Source: Chiloscyllium plagiosum (Eukaryota). Taken from it: DNA of 64,000 bases. Shown piece after piece: positions 26,171 to 38,091 of the stretch (its first letter is position 1; each line of letters opens with the position of its first letter). Both the position numbers and the translations under genes were made by a program. The stretch is taken from positions 64,674,819-64,738,818 of the forward strand of contig NC_057719.1 in NCBI RefSeq assembly GCF_004010195.1, written 5' to 3'. The notes beneath the pieces were generated by a model. That model saw only the letters and a program-made list of their open reading frames with translations. It made no database searches and was not told the origin of the DNA.

Positions 26171-27849
26171 AAGAAAATCTTTCCTACAGCTATTAAATTG
26201 TTCAATTTGTATACAAGGTTTAGGTTAAGCTGTATTTCACAGCTGTAAAAAATCATTTCCCTCTGGAATGTTGGCATAATCACAGGGCATCCTGGATAGT
26301 TCTGGGTTTTTGCCCCTGGAATACATTCAGACGACAGAAGTGGCAACTTTTAAAATCTTTGATGCTTGGTAATGACAGGAACTTTTTTTAAAGAAAATTT
26401 AGTTTAGGAATATTTTCTTTTGTATACAATTTAATGCTGAATCTTGTCATCGTTAGGGGAGTTTCTGATAAAGTTAAGAAATAGAAGCATACTTAGTCCA
26501 CAATTTGTGATTCAGAAATGTTCATGGCAAACTTCTGGGAAGTGGCGCCACTGCAGAATGTTGGCCCTTTTGCCTTCCTGAAGTGTATGTTTTTGAAGCA
26601 CAGCACTCTGTTGGGAGCCGTCTCTTAACAGCAGCTCCTTCCCAATCTAATCAGCCTCATATTTTACAGCTAACTTGAGCCATTGTGGTCAATATAATTG
26701 ACACCAATGTCAATAAAATTCAGACCTTATGTCACAGTATATTTACTGTTTATTAACTGTAACATCCAGTTTATTGCAGTATTTGAGTTGCTTACAGCAA
26801 ACTGATAAATTTACACTTTCTCAATGTGGTTGATAAAGTATTCTCTGTCTTTGAGCAACGAGGCAACATTTGCTGAATGATGGTCGATCCTTTCATTCAC
26901 CGAGCACTCAATAAGTTAAGCAGGTAATGCTGTGAATCTGGAACAACATCTACTTGTGATGGTGTGGTTAGTAATCAAAATGATACCATGATCTTGCCCT
27001 GGTTACCATGGTGTGATTGTTACATTTACTGTTTCACGGCAACAGCAGAATTCTAGCATAACCCACACCCTTTGAGAACTTGCTGTTTCTAAATCTGCTT
27101 TATCTGTCAATCTTTCTGTAGTTTGTAATTTTGCTACATGCTAATCCAGTCTCAGCCATACACCACACACCATCTTTCAAATAGTCTTAACCCATCATTA
27201 GAAGTGCCTTAATTTCTCAACTTTGTAAAAAAGGGATCTGGAGGAAGATCATTCATTTTCTAGTATGCAGATGACAGTATTTAGTAATAAAATGGAAAGA
27301 GCAGGGTAGTCATCAGAGGTGGAACAGCTTTTTCTGAGGTGAAACAGCTTCAGCAATAACTCTTATGATGTTCTGAAGTCACAATCACCATTGTGTTCAA
27401 TGGAATCAGCTCATCACAACAAGGTGAGAAGATCTAATATGCTGAGTTTTGTGTAGACAAAGATGAATATCTAGGAAATAAGATTGCAGAATATTGCAAA
27501 TATAAAGTACATACCCAAACCTTCCAGCTCACAACAACACAATATGATAGTCCTAAATTCAGAAAATGTGAGTATCTGGCAAGGAACCTGAAAAGCACGT
27601 GGTTTGTGGTTGAAAATATTACAGAATGCTATCGATTTGACATGATGTGAGGTTGCACGGTTTGAAAATAGGAAAACAAAGTCACCTAATCGGAAAGAAG
27701 GCTTTGGCAGGTACTTCCTGCTTCCAGGAGAAGGGTTAAAGTCCTGACATATATTGACCTTGGAAGTAGTGCAGCTCAGAACTATCTGCATGCTCCCAAG
27801 TCTTCTAGAGTTAGTTATAAGGTCTATCTCAAATTCTTTGGAATATGAA

Positions 27850-28230
27850 TATTATGGTGTGATTTAATCGAGATTTTTAGAATTTTGAAAACAAGTTGAT
27901 AGGATAGATAAGTTTGTTTTTTTTTAGTGGTGAGAGGCCAAGGGGACATCACGTTAAGAGCGAGAGAATTCAGGAATGCTGAGGAAACATTTTAATCATT
28001 CAAAGGATGATAGAAGCATATAACTCTCTCTTCCACAAAGAACAACAAATGTTAACTTAGTTAATGATTTTAAATCTGGGACTAATGCATTTTTGTTAGC
28101 CAAAGCTACCAAGGGAAATTAAGCCAAGGTGAATGGGTGGAGTTAGGATATAGAACAACGATGATATCACTGAAAGACTAGGAACAGGTTCTGAATTGCA
28201 AATGGCTTACTCCTATTCCTATGTTCCTTA
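27850..28230 (+). mobile_element. Old CR1 3' end
   Basis: gatttaatcgagattttta..ttgatagg..aatggcttactcctattcctatgttcct tail. Confidence 0.6.
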
Positions 28231-28696
28231 GTTTGGCAGCCTTGATAGCTCCCATGACCAGTGATTCCCTAATAATTGTCTATATTTTAGAAACTGCCTA
28301 GGCTCTGTCAGCACGAAGGGACCAATGCCACTGTGGACGTAAATTTGTTTGGGGTTGAATTAGTTTGTTGAGTATTTCAATAGGGTCATTAATTATCTTG
28401 ATTTCTTTCTTTGGAGAGTACATGCTGCCTTGATGCCTGTGTTAATGCCCTGAGTATGACTGAGTATCACAATTAGATGAATCACACAACAGAGCTATTT
28501 TCAGGATCCAGGGCCTTTCAAACTTACCAACTAGATTTTGATTAAAGAATTTGTTGTACTCGGAAATTTGGTACTCAAAATTTCATGAGTAATTTTATCA
28601 ATTATTTATTCTGTCTGTAATGAATTATTAGAAGTTTTGATTCACAATTCTCTCAGATTACACTTAGATTTTGAAGCTTACATTCCATCTTTTTTT

Positions 28697-28934
28697 TAGA
28701 TTTGATTAGATTACTTACAGTGTGGAAACAGGCCCTTTGGCCCAACAAGTCCACACCGACCCTCTGAAGAGCAACCCACCCAGACCCATTCCCCTACATT
28801 TACCCCTTCACCTAACACTACGGGCAATTTAGCTTGGCCAATTCACCTAACCTGCACATCTTTGGACTGTGGGAGGAAACCGGAGCACCCAGAGGAAACC
28901 CACGCAGACACAGGGAGAATGTGCAAACTCCACA
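28697..28934 (-). mobile_element. HE1-like SINE, lacking its 5' tRNA head
   Basis: Near-identical to 60840-61060 but stops at gtgcaaactccaca. Confidence 0.9.
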
Positions 28935-29599
28935 TTTTCTGAGGTATTTGTCATTATTTCATGGAGGCATCTGTGAACATTTGGCTTGGACTAGCTCGTA
29001 AGTGTGTTTTGCATATATTGGGCGAAGTTTACAGCTTGCTGTTGTCAGCTGAAAGAGCAGAAGATGGGCCACCCATTGTAGAAACTAGCCATGTTTTATT
29101 TCTTGGGTGAAAGTTTACCCCCTTAACATTAATTAATATTCATGGGGTATAAATTTAATCATAAGGTGAAAGTTATTTTTTTCTATTTTTTAATAAATGT
29201 TGGCTAATTTCTTTCATATGTCACACAATAAACCATTCGGTTCTGCTGTCTTGTTGCCTCTGAAATGAAGAAAATTGCTATCTGCACGCTGTGCTTCATA
29301 TGTTTAATTAAAATTGCATCTCTTCGATTTGGCCAACCTAGCCTGTGACTATATTTTACTTCTGTTTTTTTTTTGTTAGAATTAGCAATATCTGATATGT
29401 CAATAAGGGATAAATTAGATAGTCCCCAAAAAGAGGTACAAGAGAGGATTGTGATTCATTTACTAACAGCTGTAGATTGAAGTGCAAGCAGCATGCAAGC
29501 ATGATGCTGTCTGCTTATTATAATGATTTCTAACTGCAGCTACCTCTGACTGGCCTGTTTTCTGGATGCATGCATGAACTGGCACCCAAAATTGTAATT

Positions 29600-29930
29600 C
29601 ACTAGCACTGTATGACTTGAAACTAGCTTGAACTTCTTAAAAAGAAGGTGCATTTTGGTTGGAGTAGGAGCTGGGTAACATACAGGAAGTCAGTATGTCT
29701 TGGGGAAAATGTGTGGAACAGAGCACTATTGCAGAGAGCAGGTCCTAAATTTTTGGATGTTGTATTGGAAGTCTTGTTGGGAATGATGGAGATCAAGAGA
29801 GTTGTCTTTTATCAGCTGGGATCTGGCAACCTGCCAGGTGCAAAGTCAAACAAAAGGAGGAGCACAGAGCTGTTGAAGCAGATAATCTTGGTTATCAATG
29901 CCAGGAGGTCAAGCCCTGACTGTTAAGTCT
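29600..29930 (+). mobile_element. Possible Harbinger-type Myb/SANT gene relic
   Basis: RAGPKFLDVVLEVLLGMMEIKRVVFY resembles the RAPRFSDxxLEVLLxxVxxRRxVLF start of Harbinger Myb-like proteins; no TIR found. Confidence 0.35.
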
Positions 29931-31431
29931 CACAGCAGACATGTGATATACCTATGATATATGTGATGTACTTATGATGTTATCACTGTATCACAAGTCT
30001 AATGGAATAAAGTTCTCAGTCTCCATCTTACTAAGCTCTGTTCTCTGCTGCACAGTGCACTGAAGGAGATGTGCTGTAGTACATCTGAATTGAACCCAAA
30101 ACACATGCCTGTGGATTGTAGTTTACATGTATAGATACCAGATGCTATAATAAAAATTCATTGAATTCTTCAGCATTGTGTGACTCAAATTTCATTCTTG
30201 TATTACAGGGACTAACATAAGCATGATAATGGCAGATCATCAGTATATCATATCACATCACTCAAGTTATCATGTCTTAATACTCGCTGAGGACCTGGAT
30301 GCTGTGCTAGAAGCAATTCAATGACCTTAAATAAGTGTTTAAGGTAGTGAATGGATCTTCAAAGATCATATCCTACTAACTACACCACTTAGATCAACCA
30401 CTGCTCAATTCGTCACACCCCCATCATTTGCCGACTGATAGAACTCATAACTAAATCAAAAATACTTCACCTCACCGATTGTTCACTTAGTCCTGCTACA
30501 AGCCTTGCACCCCATCTCACAGATTGCATACACTGCCAGCTATTCAACTACAACAGCAATCGTATTCTTCTCCAGCTGCCCCATCAAAATTTTCACCTGT
30601 GTTTTCCCCAGTGGATGCAGTGTACCACTTCGCTCTCCAGCAAGTTAATCCTTACATCATACTTCTCCTCTGCCTAAGCTACTATCTATATATGCCCAGT
30701 CTTTTTATGGAGGGAAATGCCACAATTGTACTGTCCTCTAACTTACACATTATCAGTTCCTGAGGTGATGGCTGAAAGTGTGAGATCCAGATACAGTCCT
30801 GTGTCTTCACTGTCTTTTCTTGTTGCTGTTCCTCCACTGACTGGCCAGACTGCACTTTCTGGGTTTCTCAAAGGAAAAAGGCCCAGGTCTTTTAGTTTTG
30901 CAAAGGAAGTGGGGAAAAAGAAACAGGTGGATCTTGAAGTCATCTGCAGCTTATAAATCAGAAGAGATTATGGGACGAAGAAGTGCCAGATGATAAAGGA
31001 TGCTTAGGTACCCAAACATAATCAGTTTCAACAATGGTTTGTACCACCTCCTCCAAGGAGGTCAGGACACGCAAGCACATCTGTTCCAAAACCTTGCCCT
31101 CTAGAGAGGGGGGATGGTATCAGTGAATGTTGCGCAGTACACTTATGTAAAATGATTGGTACATTGGAAAACCTGACAGATGTACAGCATTTACTAAAAC
31201 GTAAGAAACCAGTGCTCAGTTTAGTAAAAGGCTCCACATTACTTGCATGGAAGTGGTGACCAACTCTATTGAAATGCTTGTGAAACCAACCCAGATGAAG
31301 TTTCTTGAACTTCTTAAAAAGATGCATTTTGGTTGCCGTAACTTTAATTGCACCACCAACAGCAGCCACTGCAATTAACTCAGCGTGAACTCATGACAAT
31401 TCATCACTGTCATGCAAGCTCAGATTATTGC

Positions 31432-32248
31432 TGAGATCAGATGGACCAATGGGCTGAGAAGTGACAGATGGAGTTTAATTTAGATAAATGTAAGGTGCTG
31501 CATTTTGGGAAAGCAAATCCTAGCAGGACTTACACACTTAATACACTGAACAAAGAGACCTTGGAGTGCAGGTTCATAGCTCCTTGAAAGTGGAGTTGCA
31601 GGTAGATAGGATAGTGAAGAAGGCGTTTGGTATGCTTTCCTTTATTGGTCAGAGTTGAGGAGTTGAGAGGTCATGTTGCGGCTGTACAGGACATTGGTTA
31701 GGCCATGTTGGAATATTGCGTGCAATTCTAGTTTCCTTTCTATTGGAAAGATGTTGTGAAACTCGAAAGGGTTCTGAAAAGATTTACAAGGATGTTGCCA
31801 GGATTGGAGGATTTGAGCTATAGGGAGAGGCTGAATAGGCTGGGGCTGTTTTCCCTGGAGTGTCGGAGGCTGAGGGGTGACCTTATAGAGGTTTACAAAA
31901 TCATGAGAGACATGGATAGGATAAATAGACAAAGTCTTTTCCCTGGGGTGGGGGAGTCCAGAACTAGAGGGCATAGGTTTAGGGTGAGAGGGGAAAGGTA
32001 TAAAAGAGACCTAAGTGGTATCACACAGAGGGTGGTACGTGTATGGAATGAGCTGCTAGAGGAAGTGGTGGAGGCTGATAAAATTGCAACATTTAAGAGG
32101 CATTTGGATGGGTATTTGAAGCGGAAGGGTTTGGAGGGATATAGGCCAAGTGCTGGCAGGTGGGACTAGATTGGGTTGGGATATCTGGTCGGCATGGACG
32201 AGTTGGACCAAAGGGTCTGTTTCCGTGCTGTACATCTCTATGACTCCA
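31432..32248 (+). mobile_element. CR1/HER1-like LINE 3' fragment (family A)
   Basis: KLERVLKRFTRMLPGLEDLSYRERLNRLGLFSLE..RGDLIEVYKIM; tail gggtctgtttccgtgctgtacatctctatgactc. Confidence 0.93.
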
Positions 32249-34712
32249 TATAGCTGTGAGTATGGTGCTCTAAGAAACTTGAGGGATATCGCAAAGTCTA
32301 ACAATCTGTTCTCCAATTGATTAGTAGGATTGCTGAGGCAAGGGGCAGCAATGGCTTCGAGGAGAATGAACTTCTGTCCTTGATCAGGATTTCAACAATG
32401 GCACACCTTCCATTGCAGCCATTCTTCAGTCCCCTTGTTATTGCCTATCAGCCAGCGAACCTTGATTACTCCTATTTCTTTCAAGATGGTATAAACCTTA
32501 TCTGAGTCTCCCAAGTGCAGACCCGCTCAAGGTCATTCTTCAAGGATATCTGCATTCTCCTCTTATGCCTATTCTACAGCTTCTGCCAGGTATCAACTAT
32601 GCATGCACAAATGCCCTCCCCAAGCTATGGGACCCAGCACATCTAACACCCAAACAACAAGCTTCCAAGCTCAATAGTGTCATTCCTCCGTATCCTAGAA
32701 ATAGGTTCAAAATTGTGATACACAAGTTTTGAATTTTGTAGTTACTTTTTTTTGGCATGGATAGGCAAATTCGCGATACGTGATTTCGTGGATACAGAGG
32801 ATTTAGTATAGTTTGTAAATAATCTACAATTTGACTTTGGTTCCTGATAGAATCACAAGATTGTGTCACATTTATGTAATGCCACTACTAATAGTATCTG
32901 CATTTTGTCTAGTTAAGTGTGTTTCCATGACTTTTTGGTTGCATGACTTTTTTTGTGAAGGGAAATATATATGTACCATTATGGAAGGAAAATCTGGTAT
33001 GTGTGGTTTAAAACATAAAAACCTTGCTGCAAGGAGCTGGACCTCATGTTAGCTGGATTTGTGAAAGAAGGTCTGTTTCTGAGGTAAGCAAAAGAAAATC
33101 ACATTGCGTTACACAAGCCCTCAGTTTAGCTTTGAGCCAACACGATGCTGCATGTGTTTGCTGGAAAATAAAATGTAGCTATTAAGAAATGTCCAGTGGG
33201 GAATGCACTGGTTGAAAGAGAGAAATAGTTTGAGCAAAAGAACTCATGACAAGTGCGTGAACAAAAGCAAATTTAAATATTTAGGAGCTGAAATTTCTTC
33301 ATCAATTATGCTTTTTTCCATTATTAACAAAACTGTTCATTGCATTTTATAGCATGTGAAGCTGGCATTAATTTCTAGCATCAGGACTTAGCAGTTAAAT
33401 CAGGGGATCTAAACATTGCTGTCAATGAGTCACTGCTCCTGAACAGGGTGCTCCTCTGAGCTCCATTGATAGAAATCTTGACTTTTATTGACGTGAACTT
33501 CCACTTTTTAATGCTGTCCTACTGTAAAAATCCTTGAAAGCATTGTCTTGTTGAATTAGATGGAACTGTTTTCTTTAATAGTATCATATGTATTGGTGAA
33601 CAATTTATTGAAAAACTAATTTGATATTTGTTGAATGTCAGATGTCTCCGTTATGAAAATCGTTAATTTATTGTTTGTTTATAATATTTCAATTTCTACC
33701 TGAATCTCATGTTCATATTCAATCTTTATTTGTAGTTCTGTGAAAATGATGAAACAATAATAAACAGTCATTACTTTTTAACTTCATGGTTTGCCATCTG
33801 TGAGGATTCTTCTGTGTGTTTGGCTGCTTACTCTGCCCTATGGTGCTGCCATTGTGGATGTCACAGATCCCCCAGAATTGGCGCAAGAGTTAAATTCATG
33901 TTAAGAAAGGTGAAATAGATTCCACAGATATCAATACATCTTTGTGGGCAGGTTTCTTCAAGCACAGTTGCATGTACAGGAATTTCCCTCTGATTGCAAA
34001 ATCAGGGCCAATGAGATTGTCAGCTTAATTCTTGATTATTGTGAGAAGACTAATCGAAGTAGAGTATTGGGTTGAATTTGCAGAATGCTACTGTAATTTT
34101 AAATAGGTTATATTTTGCTCTGTGAAGTGTCTGTCAAACTGTTGATTACTATGTAGTTCTTATTACTGATAAAGTAGTTATTGATATTTTTTGAAAGGAG
34201 AAATCAGAGATCCAGATGACAGTACTGAAAGTTTAATTTGTGAGGAAAGAAATGACTTCGTGATAGAAGAGGAGACTTGATCTGTTTACAGAAATGAAAA
34301 TATCATGATGACAAAATGTATGACATTGAGGCAAATTGTTCCTTATGTAAGGAGTGGCACCAGAAAGCTGGATACAACTTTCTATTTACTTGAAGGTTGT
34401 TAGATTGAGTGGTAAGTAAGCAAGGAATGCCTTCATAATATTTACAGGTTTTCTATAGATTCATAGACGCAAGGATATCCATTTCATAAGTGAATTCCAT
34501 TGAATTGGACATTCCTTTCCCTGTGAATAATAAGTCTGCTTGAGATGACCATCTCCAACTTCTGGAAAGTTTAGTTCAGTTGTCCAAGTCCTGCTGAGTT
34601 AATCAAATTGAATTAAACTGTTGTAGTTGATGAGAATTTGTGAAGCATTCAGCATGATTAGTGTTTTGCATTGACAATTTGCTTCATTAGTGCAGAGCAT
34701 CAGACTGATAAT

Positions 34713-35026
34713 TGGCGACACGATGGCTCAGTGGTTAGTGCTGCTGCCTAACAGCACCAGGGTCCCAGTTTCGATTCCAGCCTCGGGCAACTGTCAGTGT
34801 GGAGTTTGCACGTTCTCCCCGTGTCTGTGTGGGTTTCTTCTGGGTGCTCTGGTTTCCTCCCACAATCCAAAGATGTGCAGGTGAATTGGCCATGCTAAAT
34901 TGCCCACAGTGTTAATGCATTAGTCAGAGGGAAATGGGTCTGGGTGGGTTGCTCTCTGGAAGGTCGGTGTGGACTTGTTGGGCCGAAGGGCCTGTTTCCA
35001 CACTGTAGGGATTCTAATCTAATCTA
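34713..35026 (+). mobile_element. HE1-like SINE, full length
   Basis: A box tggctcagtgg, B-box-like gtttcgattcc, tail ggattctaatctaatctaa. Confidence 0.9.
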
Positions 35027-35327
35027 ATAAAAATATTTATTCTTCAGCTCTCTGAACGGAGGTAGGTCTAGCCCATAGTGCCATGACCTATGCTATAGGT
35101 AGGGAAAGGAGGAAGGTCCCAAAACACCAGAACAGGAATTGAACCCTATTGACACCAACCTGATCCATGCTGTGAAGTCTGAGTTGCTGTAGCAACATAT
35201 CTGCATGTTCAGCCTGGATCAGTGAATAATGATGGTACAAGCTCCAGTTTATTTCTGTCATGTGAATGTAACAAAATTACAGGCTGTTTGTGTCTGCCTT
35301 TGGGATATGTTTGAAGGATTTACAATA

Positions 35328-35533
35328 CTTAAAAGTGTGTTGCTGGAAAAGTGCAGCAGGTCAGGCAGCATCCAAGGAACAGGAGAATCGACGTTTTGGG
35401 CATAAGCCCTTCTTCAGGAATCTTCAGAAATGTCAATTCTCCTGTTCCTTGGAAGCTGCCTGACCTGCTGCACTTTTCCAGCAACACATTTTTAAGCTCT
35501 GATCTCCAGCATCTGCAGTCCTCACTTTCTCCT
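35328..35533. mobile_element. Penelope-derived fold-back insertion with 14-bp TSD
   Basis: Inverted arms ~35329-35395 / ~35428-35496; aaggatttacaata at 35314-35327 and 35534-35547; hammerhead motif on minus strand 35385-35422. Confidence 0.85.
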
Positions 35534-35939
35534 AAGGATTTACAATAGTCAACCTGTTTCCTTGGCCATATTCCTTGACCTTCCTTGGCCAGGAATTCCT
35601 GGAGTAGGACCTGAACATCAAGATTCTGGCTTAGAGGTAGGCATGGTATCTCTTGAACCACAATATCTCCTACTTTTCCATATTTCACATGGAGACATTG
35701 TCCTGGTTTTGTCCTGGGAATAAATGGCAACAATTGCACTTGTACATGGCACATGAGATTAAAAAATAGGCTGTAATTATTTTATTTGCAGTTGGTGTTT
35801 TCATAGTAGTTTCATAGTATCTGCTCTGCTATGGTCCAGTGCAACTTTTCTTGAGCATTTTTCTGTTCGTCACCTCATTAACAATATAAACAGGCTGTTG
35901 TAAACCTTTTTTGGAGACTTGCTTGGGCTGGAAAGACAG

Positions 35940-36170
35940 AATTTGACCTTTACAGAGTGGTGCCGACTGTGATTACTGAAGACATAGCCGAGAAGAAAAG
36001 CTCGATAGCTGCCCATTTGATGGGCAGGGACATGGAGATGCGGGTGGAAGAGTGGTAAGGAAGAGGGTGACCCTTTTTCCAAGTGCCAGCTCACAGTAGG
36101 CCACACCAACTGACACAGCCAATGTCAACACAGATTGCAGCCTGGTTCAGTGCAGTGTACCGAGTGAAAA
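35940..36170 (+). mobile_element. Possible second Harbinger Myb/SANT relic
   Basis: AEKKSSIAAH..RRVTLF..RPHQLTQPMSTQIAAWFSAV across frames; possible QCRKR-like continuation at ~36865 beyond a CR1 insert. Confidence 0.3.
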
Positions 36171-36586
36171 GCTTAGAGGTTCCACAATCTTCTGTTCTCC
36201 CCATGAGCAAGTGCCACCGTCTTCACTCTGCTGCTTTACACTCACTGGATCAGCATTCACTCAAATTCTTCCACTGCACATGCCTCTCACTAAGGCACAT
36301 GGACTACATCTTATGCCCACTCTAGTGCTCTTGCTCACCTCATGTTCCCAAGTTACTAACTCTCCCGACTCTCTGTTTCCTGCTGACACACTGGGGACAC
36401 CTCATCACCACTCCAGCTCCTGCATGAGCAATTTGGAGTGTAAAAGTCCTGGCATGTGCTGCAGATGTTACACTGACGTAGTGCAGTACACATCACAGCA
36501 TGTACTGTCCTTATTTAACTGATAGATTGAACTGTTCAGTGCTTCAACTGTCACAAGCTGCTGCATCTCCCTCTAAGCTGCAGAGG

Positions 36587-36832
36587 AACATAGAAAATAA
36601 ATGCAGGCGTGGGCCATTCTACCCTTCGAGCCTGCACCACTATTCAGTATGATCTTGTCATTGTGGTGTCCCATTCCCGCTTTCTTTCCATACCCCTTGA
36701 TCCCTTTAGCTGCAAGGACCACATTCTGCTCCCTCTTGAATATATCTAATTAACTGGCCCCAACAGCTTTCTGTGCTAGAGAATTCCACAGATTCACAAC
36801 TCTGAAGAAATTCTTCCTCATTTCAGTCTTGA
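36587..36832 (-). mobile_element. CR1 3' end
   Basis: aacatagaaaa..ggccattct..cgagcctgcaccac..agagaattccacagattcacaac..gaagaaattcttcctcat. Confidence 0.8.
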
Positions 36833-37100
36833 AGGATTGAGGAGGATGGTGGCCATGGAGCATGCAGGGAGGTTGTTCAGAAAAGGTAATTCCACAATGG
36901 CCAGGACAAGCATTCAATGAGCTGCAACCTTCAGGTACCCACTCTTTTCTACCTGTCAGGAATTAACGCCATTTAATTTCTCAGTGCAGGAAAGGAGAAT
37001 CAGGCAGAGATGAGATTGGGATAAAAATGTATGAAAATAATGTTGTAACTGCTCAATGGAGGGATTCTGAAGTCACCGTTTACGTCTCGAGAAGACTATC

Positions 37101-37447
37101 AGGGCAGCACGGTGGCTCAGTGGTTAGCACTGCCTCACAGCACCAGGGACCCGGGTTCGATTTCAGCCTTGGATGACTGTCTGTGTGGAGTTTGCACATT
37201 CTGTTTGTGTCTGCATGGGTTTCCTCTGGGTGCTCCGGTTTCCTACCGCAGTCCAAAGATGTGCACGTTAGATGAATTGGTCAAGCCAAATTGCCCATGG
37301 TGTTCAGGGATGTGTAGTTTAGGTGCATTAGTCTAGGGAAATGTAGAGTAATAGGTCTGGGTGGGATACCTTTTGGAGGGTTGGTGTGGACTTGTTGGGC
37401 TGAAGGGCCTGTTTCTACACTATAGGAATTCTAATTCTAATTCTAAA
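37101..37447 (+). mobile_element. HE1-like SINE, full length
   Basis: gggcagcacggtggctcagtggttagc, B box ggttcgattt, (attcta)n tail. Confidence 0.9.
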
Positions 37448-37710
37448 TTTTTTTCTTGATGTAGAGTATTCGATTTTCATTCTCACTATATTTTCCTCCC
37501 TTTCGTCTATTTTGTCCATCCATGCCTCCAAGTCCCTGTCATGGACTACTTTTTAACAAATAAAAGAACTGAAAGCTGAGAATATTACTGTAGTGATTTG
37601 TGTGCTCAGAGATTGTCACTTTCATTATCTAGAAGCATGAAGATATATTGGATTATATTGGAAAAAAGATGTAGAAACAGATCCCTCAGCCTAAACATTG
37701 TAAGACCCCC

Positions 37711-37812
37711 TAGTCTGAAGAAGAGTCACATTAGACTCAAACATTAATGTTGCTTCTCTCTCCCCATGTACTGTCAAACCTGATGAGTTTCTCCAGCACT
37801 TCCTGGTTTTAT
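37711..37812 (+). mobile_element. Penelope terminal-repeat remnant
   Basis: CTGAAGA-a-gagtc(acatta)gactc-AAA-catt; same layout as 8728-8828. Confidence 0.6.
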
Positions 37813-38091
37813 TTAAGAGCCCCTCACATGATCTAATAGCTCAGATGTCAATTGCACATAATTTGAATACAATTTCATTAAAGTGGAACGCCTTTATTAA
37901 CCTACTCGGCAGTAGCATGTACTCACAATGACACTGATTGCTTAGAGGTTCTCAGAGTTTGAATCTGTCGCAGGTTAATCTTATAAAAATCAAGAGATGT
38001 CAAGTATTTATAGTTTTTGTCATTGATACTTTAAACACTTGATTATTTCACACTTTTGTATGGTTCAAGTAAAATAATTTTTTAAAGTCAC

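Noticed and set aside
27316..27350. Twice-repeated gaggtgraacagctt as a CRISPR-like repeat
   Set aside because: Only two short copies with a ~5-nt gap, in eukaryotic DNA, with no cas genes.
33830..33850. CTCF-like motif (minus strand caccatagggcag)
   Set aside because: A single imperfect match is expected by chance in 64 kb.
34713..34790. tRNA-like A/B boxes here and at other SINE heads
   Set aside because: They are SINE heads continuing into SINE body, not tRNA genes.
35329..35496. Pre-miRNA or classical MITE interpretation of the hairpins
   Set aside because: Arms match Penelope terminal repeats, there is an asymmetric tail, and the TSD is 14 bp rather than TA or 8-9 bp; no expression evidence.
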